Part shown: positions 49,078-57,596 of the stretch, piece by piece
Layout: the number at the start of each line of letters is the position of its first letter
Numbering within the stretch: the stretch's first letter is position 1
Virus record (IMG/VR): IMGVR_UViG_3300028423_001110
Span: 2,782-66,781 of that record
Strand: one strand, 5' to 3'
Length of the DNA stretch: 64,000 bases
DNA from: a virus
The notes under the pieces: generated by a model
Database searches by the model: none
The model's input: the letters and a program-made list of their open reading frames with translations, nothing else
Told to the model about the DNA's origin: nothing
Program-made: the position numbers and the translations under genes

Positions 49078-50038
49078 AATTTGTAAAGTAGGTCAAAAAA
49101 CACTATTTGATAAAAAACTTTTTACAGTATCTTGGATATTAGCAAGATTTTGTAATTATAATTGTTCCTACTGCTGGCCGTATGCTCGATCGTCTAAACC
49201 GGATCATCGGTCTCTTAGCACATATTTTTGGGTAATTGACGAAATTAAAAGACAGGCAAATACAAACGGATTTGACGAATTTCATTTTTCTTTCTCTGGT
49301 GGAGAACCGACTGCCTATAACAAGTTTTTAGACATTGTAAAATATTATTCAAATGATCACAATTCAAATTATCAAAGCATACATATGACCACAAATTTAA
49401 GCCCAGGTAGTAAATGGTGGGTTAAATGGTTAAACAGTACAAAGACCTTACAACGCAGAAGTATCACAGCAAGTTACCATGCAGAATTTGCACGAGAGCA
49501 AGAATTTGGTGATAAATGTCTTCAATTAATTAATGACGGCGTTTTTGTTACAATTAATCAAGTAATGGTTCCGGAACTTTTTGATCAATACTATGATAGA
49601 TGTATGCGGTTTTCAAACAGAGGTATAAACGTTACGCTAAAACCTCAAAGTGATCCGACTGCAAGTTTTGTTGTAAATGGATATACAGAAGAACAAATTA
49701 ATTTGTTACAAACCGGCTTCCCGCAACATTACTACGGAGATATTGTGTATCAAATGTTGTTAGAAGACGATCGAGGGCACAGTTATAATTTTGATCAAGC
49801 TGAAAGATTAAACGCATTTGGTTTTAATAAGTTTAAAGGGTGGCAATGCAATTCTGGCTATCAAAGTTGCATTATTCGAGAACCCGGTGGTGAGGTAAAA
49901 AGATCGTATAGTTGTCACGATTTGCCTTTAGGAACAATAGACAAAGGATTTGATTTATTCACAGAGAGTAAACCTTGTATAACTCCTACTTGCGTTAGTT
50001 CAGCAGATTCAAAAATACCTAAATTTAAGAAACCTTAA
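49028..50038 (+). CDS. Radical SAM enzyme
   Basis: CNYNCSYC and SGGEPT; C-terminal WQCNSG...YSC...PC....C auxiliary cysteines. Confidence 0.85.
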   Translation: MTSTGYTEDFQKIPFDKICKVGQKTLFDKKLFTVSWILARFCNYNCSYCWPYARSSKPDHRSLSTYFWVIDEIKRQANTNGFDEFHFSFSGGEPTAYNKFLDIVKYYSNDHNSNYQSIHMTTNLSPGSKWWVKWLNSTKTLQRRSITASYHAEFAREQEFGDKCLQLINDGVFVTINQVMVPELFDQYYDRCMRFSNRGINVTLKPQSDPTASFVVNGYTEEQINLLQTGFPQHYYGDIVYQMLLEDDRGHSYNFDQAERLNAFGFNKFKGWQCNSGYQSCIIREPGGEVKRSYSCHDLPLGTIDKGFDLFTESKPCITPTCVSSADSKIPKFKKP

Positions 50039-51869
50039 CAGAATCAATAATATTAAAGTTTTTTAAGTAATTGTTTACTTCGTTTTGACTCAAGTCGGAT
50101 AAACCATTTTTTTCTAAATTTATTTTTGCTACAGGAATCATTCCTAACGCAAGTTTGTCCATATCTAGATTTAAATTTTGCTTTTCATACCACAATAAAA
50201 AATTTTCTAATCTTGAATTATAATAATCGTCGGGTATGTTAGGACCAAACCAAGCCATAAAATCTGCACTATAATGTTTAAGAGGAACAATTTCATCTTG
50301 ATTATAATTCGTAACTTTAAATGCATCTAAAAGCGGCATGCCGACTTCGCAATAGTTTATATAAATTGTTCCATATTCCCATTGAAAAGTAAATAATTTA
50401 TAGTCAGACGTTTGTAACAGATATTTTGGTCTGTTCTGAAATGTACCTACAATTCTTGGACACGGATATTTCTTTTCTGTTTCGTTCCACTCACTAAATC
50501 TTTTAGTTTCTTTTAATTTATAATTCAGAGATATTTCATTTGCCCATTTTTGTGCAATACTTGATTGATTAATATCAAATACTAATGTTGTTTTTGAATT
50601 GGTGTAGTTGCTCGATGACAACGTAAGATAAAAATTATTATAAAATAAACTATTACATCGAATTTCTGAAAATTTAGTAAAGAAATTTTCGTTTCTAATT
50701 TGGTCTATATACTTTGTTTGCCGCAAAAATTCATTTTTTTCTTTTTCCCATGTATTTTTTTGTTTTGTAAAATGCATACCGTCTTGTAGTATACTACAGA
50801 TATGGGGATAACTTTTTTGATATTTTTTGATAAATTTTTCACATTTTTTGCCTGCTTCTTTTTTAATTTCAATAGGAAGACTTTGTGGATTGTAATAGGG
50901 AGGATTAATTGCTGGTGTGAGCGTGTGCGCAGAACTTTCAGGTGTGATAATTTTTTTATCTATCATAAATTCGTAAAAATCGGTGATGCTGGGATAGTTA
51001 AAAAAACTTAAAACAGTATTAATTTCAAATGTTATATGATCCAAAATGCTTACAGTTTGAAGATTTTCTTCAATTTTTTTCCAATTTGTTCCGTGCCGAA
51101 TCCATTCGGCCTTCTCTCCAAAATGATCTATACTACAACTAATATTTACTGATTCGAATTTTTTCCAAAGAGATACAATATCTCTGCCCTTATATTTAAG
51201 TGTACTTAAATTTGTATTATATTTTAGTTTGACGTTTGTTCTTTCTGCTTGAATAAGATTATCCAGTATAATATAGTGCTCTTCGGTTAATAGAGGTTCG
51301 CCTCCAGCAAAATAAATCATATCGATGTATTCGATCTGTTCTATTACTTCTTTTAGTAATGCCCCGGTGGCATCTGCATGTATGACAGTAGGTGTTTTAA
51401 AATTTTGATGTTTTGCTTGTTCTTCTGCCCACTTTGAACTAAATTCTGATCCGCAAGTTCTACATTTAAAATTACATATATTACTAAACCTAATATCAAC
51501 ATACCGCATTTTAAAGTCATTAACTTTTCCGTCTTCTTCTGTAGTATGTACGATTTCGTCAAAAAACCTTCCAAAATTCTCATTTGCAAAGCTTCGAAAA
51601 CTCGAATTTCCAATTTCTTCTTGCTTATAGCAAAACTCGCAAATTTTACTTTTTTTGTTAGAAAGCATGTTTTTGCGTAATAATTTCATATCTTTAACAT
51701 TAAATGCTTCTTCTAGACTAACATCGTTGGTATTTGCAAAAGGAGTAGTATAATTATTAGAACAGCAAGGGTACACATCTCCTTTCGGAGTTACATTTAA
51801 ATGTACCCAAGGAAACATACAAAATGTCTTGCTTTCATTTAGCAAAACCTTCTTATTTATTTTTGTCAT
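50025..51869 (-). CDS. Radical SAM enzyme with N-terminal SPASM/twitch-like domain and extra C-terminal domain
   Basis: FCMFPW...VYPCC...ICEFCY, then CNFKCRTC and FAGGEP; about 200 additional aa after the rSAM domain. Confidence 0.85.
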   Translation of the reverse strand: MTKINKKVLLNESKTFCMFPWVHLNVTPKGDVYPCCSNNYTTPFANTNDVSLEEAFNVKDMKLLRKNMLSNKKSKICEFCYKQEEIGNSSFRSFANENFGRFFDEIVHTTEEDGKVNDFKMRYVDIRFSNICNFKCRTCGSEFSSKWAEEQAKHQNFKTPTVIHADATGALLKEVIEQIEYIDMIYFAGGEPLLTEEHYIILDNLIQAERTNVKLKYNTNLSTLKYKGRDIVSLWKKFESVNISCSIDHFGEKAEWIRHGTNWKKIEENLQTVSILDHITFEINTVLSFFNYPSITDFYEFMIDKKIITPESSAHTLTPAINPPYYNPQSLPIEIKKEAGKKCEKFIKKYQKSYPHICSILQDGMHFTKQKNTWEKEKNEFLRQTKYIDQIRNENFFTKFSEIRCNSLFYNNFYLTLSSSNYTNSKTTLVFDINQSSIAQKWANEISLNYKLKETKRFSEWNETEKKYPCPRIVGTFQNRPKYLLQTSDYKLFTFQWEYGTIYINYCEVGMPLLDAFKVTNYNQDEIVPLKHYSADFMAWFGPNIPDDYYNSRLENFLLWYEKQNLNLDMDKLALGMIPVAKINLEKNGLSDLSQNEVNNYLKNFNIIDSVKVS

Positions 51870-51941
51870 ACATATAATTATCTTATTATTTATTGTTCAT
51901 TTAGGTTTTGATCAGAAGACATCTCTTAAAAATTGCCTAAA

Positions 51942-51948
51942 ATAAATA
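51942..51948 (+). promoter_or_regulatory. Late promoter ATAAATA
   Basis: Upstream of an AGGT RBS and the ATG at 51967. Confidence 0.5.
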
Positions 51949-51966
51949 AGATTATTAGGTAAACAT

Positions 51967-52572
51967 ATGTTTGTAAATATCGAAGATATCCTTTTTTGGA
52001 TGGATGCTATTAGAAATTCTGATGATAGATATAGAACTCTAGAAAGTTTTTGGAAAGGGCAAATATATTCTAAAATTTGGTTAATAGACAATTTAAAACC
52101 TTTTATTGTTAATGATAAAAACACAATAATAATACATGCTGGATGGAATGGTGTCTTATCTAGTTTACTCTTTAACAGCAATATTTCAATTCGCAAAATT
52201 ATCTCGGTTGACAAAGATCAAAATTGTAAAAACATTGCTCTTACAGTAAATAAAAGACAAGAAATGGAAGGTAAGTTTTTTGCAGTTACAGAAGATATGA
52301 CCAAATTCAATTATGACGAATCTCCAGATATTGTAATTAATACAAGTTGCGAACATATAACAGACAAAGAACTGCAAAAATGGTATTCCCAAATTCCTCA
52401 AAACACTCTTGTTGTTTTACAAAGTAATAACTATTTTAATTTAGACGAACATATTAATTGTGTCACGAGTGCAACCGATCTTGCTAATAAAATAGATATT
52501 GATTCTATTATGGAAGGAAGTTATTCGACACCCTTATATGATAGATTTATGGCAATTGGATATAAAAAATAA
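51967..52572 (+). CDS. Class I SAM-dependent methyltransferase-like protein
   Basis: IIIHAGWNGVL (motif I), ISVDKD (acidic end of beta2), EDM and DIVINTSCEH. Confidence 0.7.
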   Translation: MFVNIEDILFWMDAIRNSDDRYRTLESFWKGQIYSKIWLIDNLKPFIVNDKNTIIIHAGWNGVLSSLLFNSNISIRKIISVDKDQNCKNIALTVNKRQEMEGKFFAVTEDMTKFNYDESPDIVINTSCEHITDKELQKWYSQIPQNTLVVLQSNNYFNLDEHINCVTSATDLANKIDIDSIMEGSYSTPLYDRFMAIGYKK

Positions 52573-53660
52573 TGTTTTCATTTTATGAATTAGAAGATCT
52601 TCATCTTGAAATTACTAGTTTATGTCAAGCAAGTTGTCCTATGTGTAGTAGAAACTACCATGGCGGAATAAAAAATCCTCTTTTAAAATTATCGAGTTGG
52701 TCTCTTGCAGATTTTAAAAAAATTTTAACAAAAGAAGTACTTATCCAAATTAAAGGATTTTATTTCTGCGGAAATTTTGGAGATCCTATTATAAATGATG
52801 ATCTTTTAGAGATGATTAAATATTCAGTTTCAATTAATCCTAATTTATACATACGAATTCATACAAATGCAAGTGCTAGAAGTGAAGAATGGTGGAAGAC
52901 ATTAGCAAAAACATTACCTTTAAAGCATAATGTAGTATTTGCGTTAGACGGTTTAGAAGATACACACAGTATATACAGAGTCGGAACTGATTTTACAAAA
53001 ATAATTAATAATGCTACGGCATTTATAAAAAATGGCGGCACAGCTGAGTGGTGTTTTATAAAATTTCGACATAATGAACATCAAGTTGATCTTGCAAAAA
53101 AAACTGCCGCTTCGCTAGGATTTTTAAAATTTACAGAAAAAAATTCTGCAAGGTTTATTTCTAGTGATGAATTTGATGTATTAGATAAAAATGGAAATGT
53201 AAAGTATCAATTATATAAACCGAGAAATTCTAAAAAATCTGAAATTAGTTATGATTTAATCAAAGATTATAAGCAAATATTACAAAATGCATCAATCCAA
53301 TGTGCTGTTAAAAAAACTAAAGAAATATATATAGATGCTCAGCGTAATGTAATGCCTTGCTGTTTTTTAGCATCAACGCCGTATAACTTTTCAGGAGACA
53401 AGGATATTGAATCTAACTTTAGAAAAGACACTAAACAACAATACGAAGAATTAAGAAAAGAACTTGGAGACATAAGTGCTTTAACACAAAGTATAAAAAG
53501 TATTATTTCTTCTGAAACGTGGCAAAAAGTATGGGACAAATATTGGAATAATGGAAAATTATATACATGTAGTAGAGTATGCGGTAAATTAGATCAAAAA
53601 ATTTCACAACCTAGCGATCAGTTTGTAGATCAAATTTGGTTACGAAAAAATGTCATATAA
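52572..53660 (+). CDS. Radical SAM enzyme with C-terminal SPASM/twitch domain
   Basis: CQASCPMC, CGNFGDP and FALDG; C-terminal IQC...IYIDA...MPCC...TCSRVC. Confidence 0.85.
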   Translation: MFSFYELEDLHLEITSLCQASCPMCSRNYHGGIKNPLLKLSSWSLADFKKILTKEVLIQIKGFYFCGNFGDPIINDDLLEMIKYSVSINPNLYIRIHTNASARSEEWWKTLAKTLPLKHNVVFALDGLEDTHSIYRVGTDFTKIINNATAFIKNGGTAEWCFIKFRHNEHQVDLAKKTAASLGFLKFTEKNSARFISSDEFDVLDKNGNVKYQLYKPRNSKKSEISYDLIKDYKQILQNASIQCAVKKTKEIYIDAQRNVMPCCFLASTPYNFSGDKDIESNFRKDTKQQYEELRKELGDISALTQSIKSIISSETWQKVWDKYWNNGKLYTCSRVCGKLDQKISQPSDQFVDQIWLRKNVI

Positions 53661-54210
53661 ACTTATAGAATGGGAGCCGTCGATTAATCTCAATGAGTTT
53701 TATAACGAAGCTCAAAAACGAGGATTTATAAATAATTCTAGTCAAAAAAAGATGATCGATTGTCTTAGAAATGAAAGATCATGGAATGCATGGATTTTAT
53801 TTAATAACAATAAACCTATCGGTTCTGTTGCTGCACATAGTTTTGATCTTATGGGAGAAAAAAGTTTTAGAATTCTTACTCGTGTGTGTACATTTGGAGA
53901 GGAGAGAATTTCTAAAGGGTTGATTACTACAAAAAAACTTATTGAGCAACATCAAAATTTAACAGATCAATTTTTGCTACCTAAATGCATCCAATGGGCA
54001 GGTTTCGAGAATAAACTTTTTGCAACAAGTAATGAAAGCAAAGAAGCAAGTCAGCGACTAGTACACAAATATTACTTTCCGACTTTAGCTAAACTAGGAA
54101 TCGTTTCAAAAACAACTGAAGTTTTTTATCGAGGAATAAATCAAACTGTTTGGCAAGTTCATCCTGAGAAGTTTTTTGAAAATTTAAAAAAGTATCCAAG
54201 ATGGACCTAA
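53650..54210 (+). CDS. GNAT-like acyltransferase (putative)
   Basis: AWILFNNNKPIGSVAAH...FRILTRVC resembles a GNAT beta-strand pattern; weak. Confidence 0.4.
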   Translation: MSYKLIEWEPSINLNEFYNEAQKRGFINNSSQKKMIDCLRNERSWNAWILFNNNKPIGSVAAHSFDLMGEKSFRILTRVCTFGEERISKGLITTKKLIEQHQNLTDQFLLPKCIQWAGFENKLFATSNESKEASQRLVHKYYFPTLAKLGIVSKTTEVFYRGINQTVWQVHPEKFFENLKKYPRWT

Positions 54211-56118
54211 TTAATGTAAGTCTCTCCAGTCAACTCCGTCATACCCTTGAAATTTTGGAAAACCAGTACTGTCATCGTGTCCTGCTAGAAAAATCATCAT
54301 TCCTGCTTCTGGATTAGGAATTGCATTATCTCTCTCGGTTTCGTTTGCATATACCGCAGGTTTTACTGCACCTGGAGATTCAAATGTACCTTCTCCTTTA
54401 AATTTAAAGTGACTTTGACTTGTATTATTTCCAACACCAATTATACAATCTGATTTTGGATTTTGCGCAGTGTAGTCTGCGTCTGAAGTAAGTTGCGTTA
54501 CTAATGCAGCTGTTGTTTTGTAAGATCCGTCTGCATAAGCCTGAATTCGAAATCCAGATAGTAGTTCATTTTTATCTACATTAGCCGGACTGTCAATAGT
54601 ACCGTTTGATACATTTATTTGCACGTACGGTATGTCAGCACCTCTAACAGTTTTAAAATCTGCTATTTTTTTGTTTAATGTTTTAACTTCTAAAGTATCT
54701 GTATCAATTGGTCCTACTAAATATCCACTTAATCCGTCAACTAGTAGTTCTGAACTATCTGAGAAAACTGAACCAACTACATCTCCTGTAATTGCATCTG
54801 TTTCTATACTTGACACGTATAAACGATCAAGATCAGAGTCGAACAAAATTGTGCTATCTTCTTTGAAGATTTTATCTGAAATTAAGAAACTTGTTTGTAT
54901 AAAACTATCAACTTCTAGTTCTTCAAAGTATCCTCGTCTCCAAACGGCACTTACTGCTCCGAGGTCATATAATGCATCTTCGTTTGGAATTAATGAGCTA
55001 GCAACAGTTCCTTGTGACAAGTCAAGTGTTCCGCTTATTTCGGCTGTATTTGAAATATCTATTTTACTTGCAATTAATTCATCGTTGAGGTCGTTATACA
55101 GAAGACTGCTGTCTTCTTTAAAAATTTTGTTTGTTATAACACTATTCGAAACTATAGTTTCTATATAACCAGTATCCCAACCTTGTCCTGAAAAACCTAG
55201 ATCATACTGTTTATCTAAAGTCGGAGAAAGAGGTCCTTTGATCTCCATGCCTTCGATTTTAAGTACTCCAAATACTTCAAGGTCGGTAATTGAAATTTGA
55301 TCATTGTCAGAATTATAAAGTAGATTACTTTCATTTTTACTAATTGTGTCTACTCGAAGGTCGCTAGCAGTAATATTCTGTTCAATATTAATATCCGAAG
55401 CTGTAATTCCCGGAACTACTAATGTTTCGTAAACATCAAGATTTTGAAAAAATCCTCCTGCCCAAATATTTTCATCTGTGCCAACTGTATATTGGTTAAT
55501 AGCGGAAGGCACTAGAGGCCCTGTTATTTTTGCTTCAGTAACATCTAACTCTGTACCTAGAATAATATTTTCTAAATTTAGTTCGTCGTTAGCAGAGTCA
55601 TATAATACCGTGCTATTTTCTTTTATGATTCTTGTAGTTTGTAGATCAACTGTTTCTAACTTTTCAGATACAGATATGTTTTCTGTTATGATACCTGGCG
55701 AAACTACGCTTTCTTCTACATCGATATTTTGAACAAAAAGGTTTGACCAAGCAGTTTCAACATCTCCTAAAGAATATATATTGTTTCCAGAAGGAATTAA
55801 ATCACTATCAATAACACCTTCGATACTAATGTTGTCTACTTCATCGTCGCCTAGATTAATACTTCCTGTAGCAGTTATGGTTCCGTCTATATTAATATTG
55901 CCTGAACCGATAATATCGTTACCGTTAAGATCTAAATTCCCTCCAAGAGCAGGAGTTGTATCGTCCACAACTACAGTATCGAGGATAGAACGACCGCCAA
56001 GGGTTGTTCCGTCACCTACAAACAGTTTTCCTGTGTCTGTTACATAGAGTGGTTCCCCTAATTTAGGGGTTATTGTTAATCTTTCAGCATCAGTGCCTCG
56101 TCTAAACAAAAAAGACAT
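54211..56118 (-). CDS. Tail fibre-like protein with Mtd/hyaluronidase-type N-terminal anchor and internal repeats
   Basis: FRRGT.AE......GEP.Y.TDT.KL.VGDG N-terminus; four L.P.....Y.LG.....W repeats; YANETERD...P.AGM.IF....FQGYDG..W end. Confidence 0.7.
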   Translation of the reverse strand: MSFLFRRGTDAERLTITPKLGEPLYVTDTGKLFVGDGTTLGGRSILDTVVVDDTTPALGGNLDLNGNDIIGSGNINIDGTITATGSINLGDDEVDNISIEGVIDSDLIPSGNNIYSLGDVETAWSNLFVQNIDVEESVVSPGIITENISVSEKLETVDLQTTRIIKENSTVLYDSANDELNLENIILGTELDVTEAKITGPLVPSAINQYTVGTDENIWAGGFFQNLDVYETLVVPGITASDINIEQNITASDLRVDTISKNESNLLYNSDNDQISITDLEVFGVLKIEGMEIKGPLSPTLDKQYDLGFSGQGWDTGYIETIVSNSVITNKIFKEDSSLLYNDLNDELIASKIDISNTAEISGTLDLSQGTVASSLIPNEDALYDLGAVSAVWRRGYFEELEVDSFIQTSFLISDKIFKEDSTILFDSDLDRLYVSSIETDAITGDVVGSVFSDSSELLVDGLSGYLVGPIDTDTLEVKTLNKKIADFKTVRGADIPYVQINVSNGTIDSPANVDKNELLSGFRIQAYADGSYKTTAALVTQLTSDADYTAQNPKSDCIIGVGNNTSQSHFKFKGEGTFESPGAVKPAVYANETERDNAIPNPEAGMMIFLAGHDDSTGFPKFQGYDGVDWRDLH

Positions 56119-56146
56119 TAAATGTACTCCTGATCAGTTACACAAG

Positions 56147-56154
56147 TATTTATC
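56147..56154 (-). promoter_or_regulatory. Late promoter GATAAATA
   Basis: Upstream of an AGGAG RBS and the start at 56118. Confidence 0.6.
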
Positions 56155-56457
56155 TTACTTCCTTTTTTTCATAAAGAACTTTGTTCTTCTTGAAATATCT
56201 TTTTTAACTTTTTCTAAGTTTAGACGAAAATCAATATGATAGATGGCATCGTTATATTCATCCATCAAACCGAGCAAAGATTCTTCGATGTCAGTTTCTT
56301 CTAACTCATTAGCAACAGCTATGTCCCATGTAACACCGTCATTAAATAACACACGTATAGAATCAAGATATTCTATAGGAATAACTTGAATTTTAACTTC
56401 TTCAAACAATTCAGGCCAGTGATCGGGTTGACTGTAGTGACTGTCGTCATCGCTCAC
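56155..56457 (-). CDS. Hypothetical protein (~100 aa)
   Basis: GTG at 56457, directly after the upstream stop, is more plausible than the 56541 start; HWPE+F...IP.EYL. Confidence 0.6.
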   Translation of the reverse strand: MSDDDSHYSQPDHWPELFEEVKIQVIPIEYLDSIRVLFNDGVTWDIAVANELEETDIEESLLGLMDEYNDAIYHIDFRLNLEKVKKDISRRTKFFMKKRK

Positions 56458-56458
56458 T

Positions 56459-57040
56459 TTATTTTTTGTTTTCCTTTTTAGGAGATAGCTTCTCTGCCTC
56501 TTCTCGAAGTTTTTTTGCTTCTTTAAATAAGCGGTCTGCATCGCTTCTATATTTTGAAGCTAATTCTTCGTTAGACAACGGTTCTTGTGTGTCTTGCACT
56601 ACTACAGGTTCTTCGACTAGTGTTTCGTCAGACTTATTTTGTTTTGTGTTTGCAGTTGTAGTAAGCGCTAATTCGGCCACAGAAACACCTTTTTGTCTAG
56701 CAATATTTTCATTAAGTTCGTCTAATGAGACAGACGTATTACGATCAGGAACCATTTCTACTTCGTTTGATCGAACTTTTATCATTTTTCCTGTTGTGTG
56801 GAAAGCTGCCAACATGTTTCTACCGTCAGGCAATTGTGTTCTTGCCATTGCTTCGGCAAATTCGTATGCACTTTGGCCTGCATTAGATTCTACAGTTTTC
56901 ATTAATGCATCGTGTTCGTCTGCCATTAGGGCCTCTGTTGTGATCACAACAGCATTTTCGGGTTCGTTAGGAACTATTCGATATGCTACTATAATCTTAC
57001 GCTTGGACTGCTTCATTCTTCCGACATGTTTAAGAGACAT
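56459..57040 (-). CDS. Hypothetical protein (193 aa)
   Basis: AGGAG RBS; MSLKHVGR N-terminus; coiled-coil-like C-terminus. Confidence 0.75.
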   Translation of the reverse strand: MSLKHVGRMKQSKRKIIVAYRIVPNEPENAVVITTEALMADEHDALMKTVESNAGQSAYEFAEAMARTQLPDGRNMLAAFHTTGKMIKVRSNEVEMVPDRNTSVSLDELNENIARQKGVSVAELALTTTANTKQNKSDETLVEEPVVVQDTQEPLSNEELASKYRSDADRLFKEAKKLREEAEKLSPKKENKK

Positions 57041-57041
57041 G

Positions 57042-57275
57042 TTATTCTCCTTTGGTTTCCTCTTGCTGATTTACGACGGCTTGTAAAAATGTATCAAGTT
57101 TTGTATACGTTTGTCCTACAGTAACCATTTCATTAGGTTTAAACGCTCCTCGTTGGCTTGCAACGTCGATTATTTGACGAATTGCTGCTAGATCTTGTAT
57201 CGTAAGTTCGGCAGGATTTTGTTCGTTACTATTCTCTGCTGGTGCTTCAGTTGGGGTTTGTTTAGCATCTGTCAT
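57042..57275 (-). CDS. Hypothetical protein (77 aa), likely late-expressed
   Basis: AAGGAG RBS; GTAAATA late-promoter-like sequence at 57303-57309. Confidence 0.75.
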   Translation of the reverse strand: MTDAKQTPTEAPAENSNEQNPAELTIQDLAAIRQIIDVASQRGAFKPNEMVTVGQTYTKLDTFLQAVVNQQEETKGE

Positions 57276-57308
57276 TTTTTGATCTCCTTTAAATGCTCTG
57301 TTTATTTA

Positions 57309-57596
57309 CTAATACTTTAGATATGGACACCCTAAAGTGAATAATGAAAGTTCTTTTGGGTCTTCAAATCCTATTTTAATTACTTTAATTTCTTTATTGT
57401 TTTTATCTAATTCGTAAATCTGTCCCACATAAAATCGGCCTTTTAAATTTTTTTCAATCCATCTAACAATAGTTTGCTCAAGATTATACCTCCGCATTTC
57501 GATAGTAATATATTCAAAATGCGGTGGTGGAACTTTTAGCTGTCTAATTCCGTAAAAGTTTAACGGATTAACCTTCTTAGATCTATTGCTAAGCAT
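57309..57596 (-). CDS. Hypothetical protein (95 aa)
   Basis: ATG at 57596 overlaps the vWA gene stop; the longer ORF-track start is unlikely. Confidence 0.65.
   Translation of the reverse strand: MLSNRSKKVNPLNFYGIRQLKVPPPHFEYITIEMRRYNLEQTIVRWIEKNLKGRFYVGQIYELDKNNKEIKVIKIGFEDPKELSLFTLGCPYLKY

Noticed and set aside
37523-53660. 7-deazaguanine DNA modification pathway (QueE-like rSAM)
   Set aside because: No FolE, QueD, QueC or DpdA motifs in the window, and the rSAMs carry SPASM/twitch-like domains unlike QueE.
34018-54210. Bacterial LPS/capsule locus or host contamination
   Set aside because: Embedded among phage structural genes, carries TAAATA late promoters, and lacks Wzx/Wzy/ABC membrane components.
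54211-56118. Diversity-generating retroelement target, suggested by the Mtd-like N-terminus
   Set aside because: No reverse transcriptase and no TR/VR repeat pair differing at adenines was seen in the window; only the anchor domain resembles Mtd.
56466-57086. 206-aa plus-strand ORF, and similar antisense ORFs such as 54632..55168, 21980..22408, 27835..28251, 48669..49103 and 59476..59892
   Set aside because: They lie opposite well-supported genes and have the Ser/Phe/Leu-rich composition typical of shadow frames.
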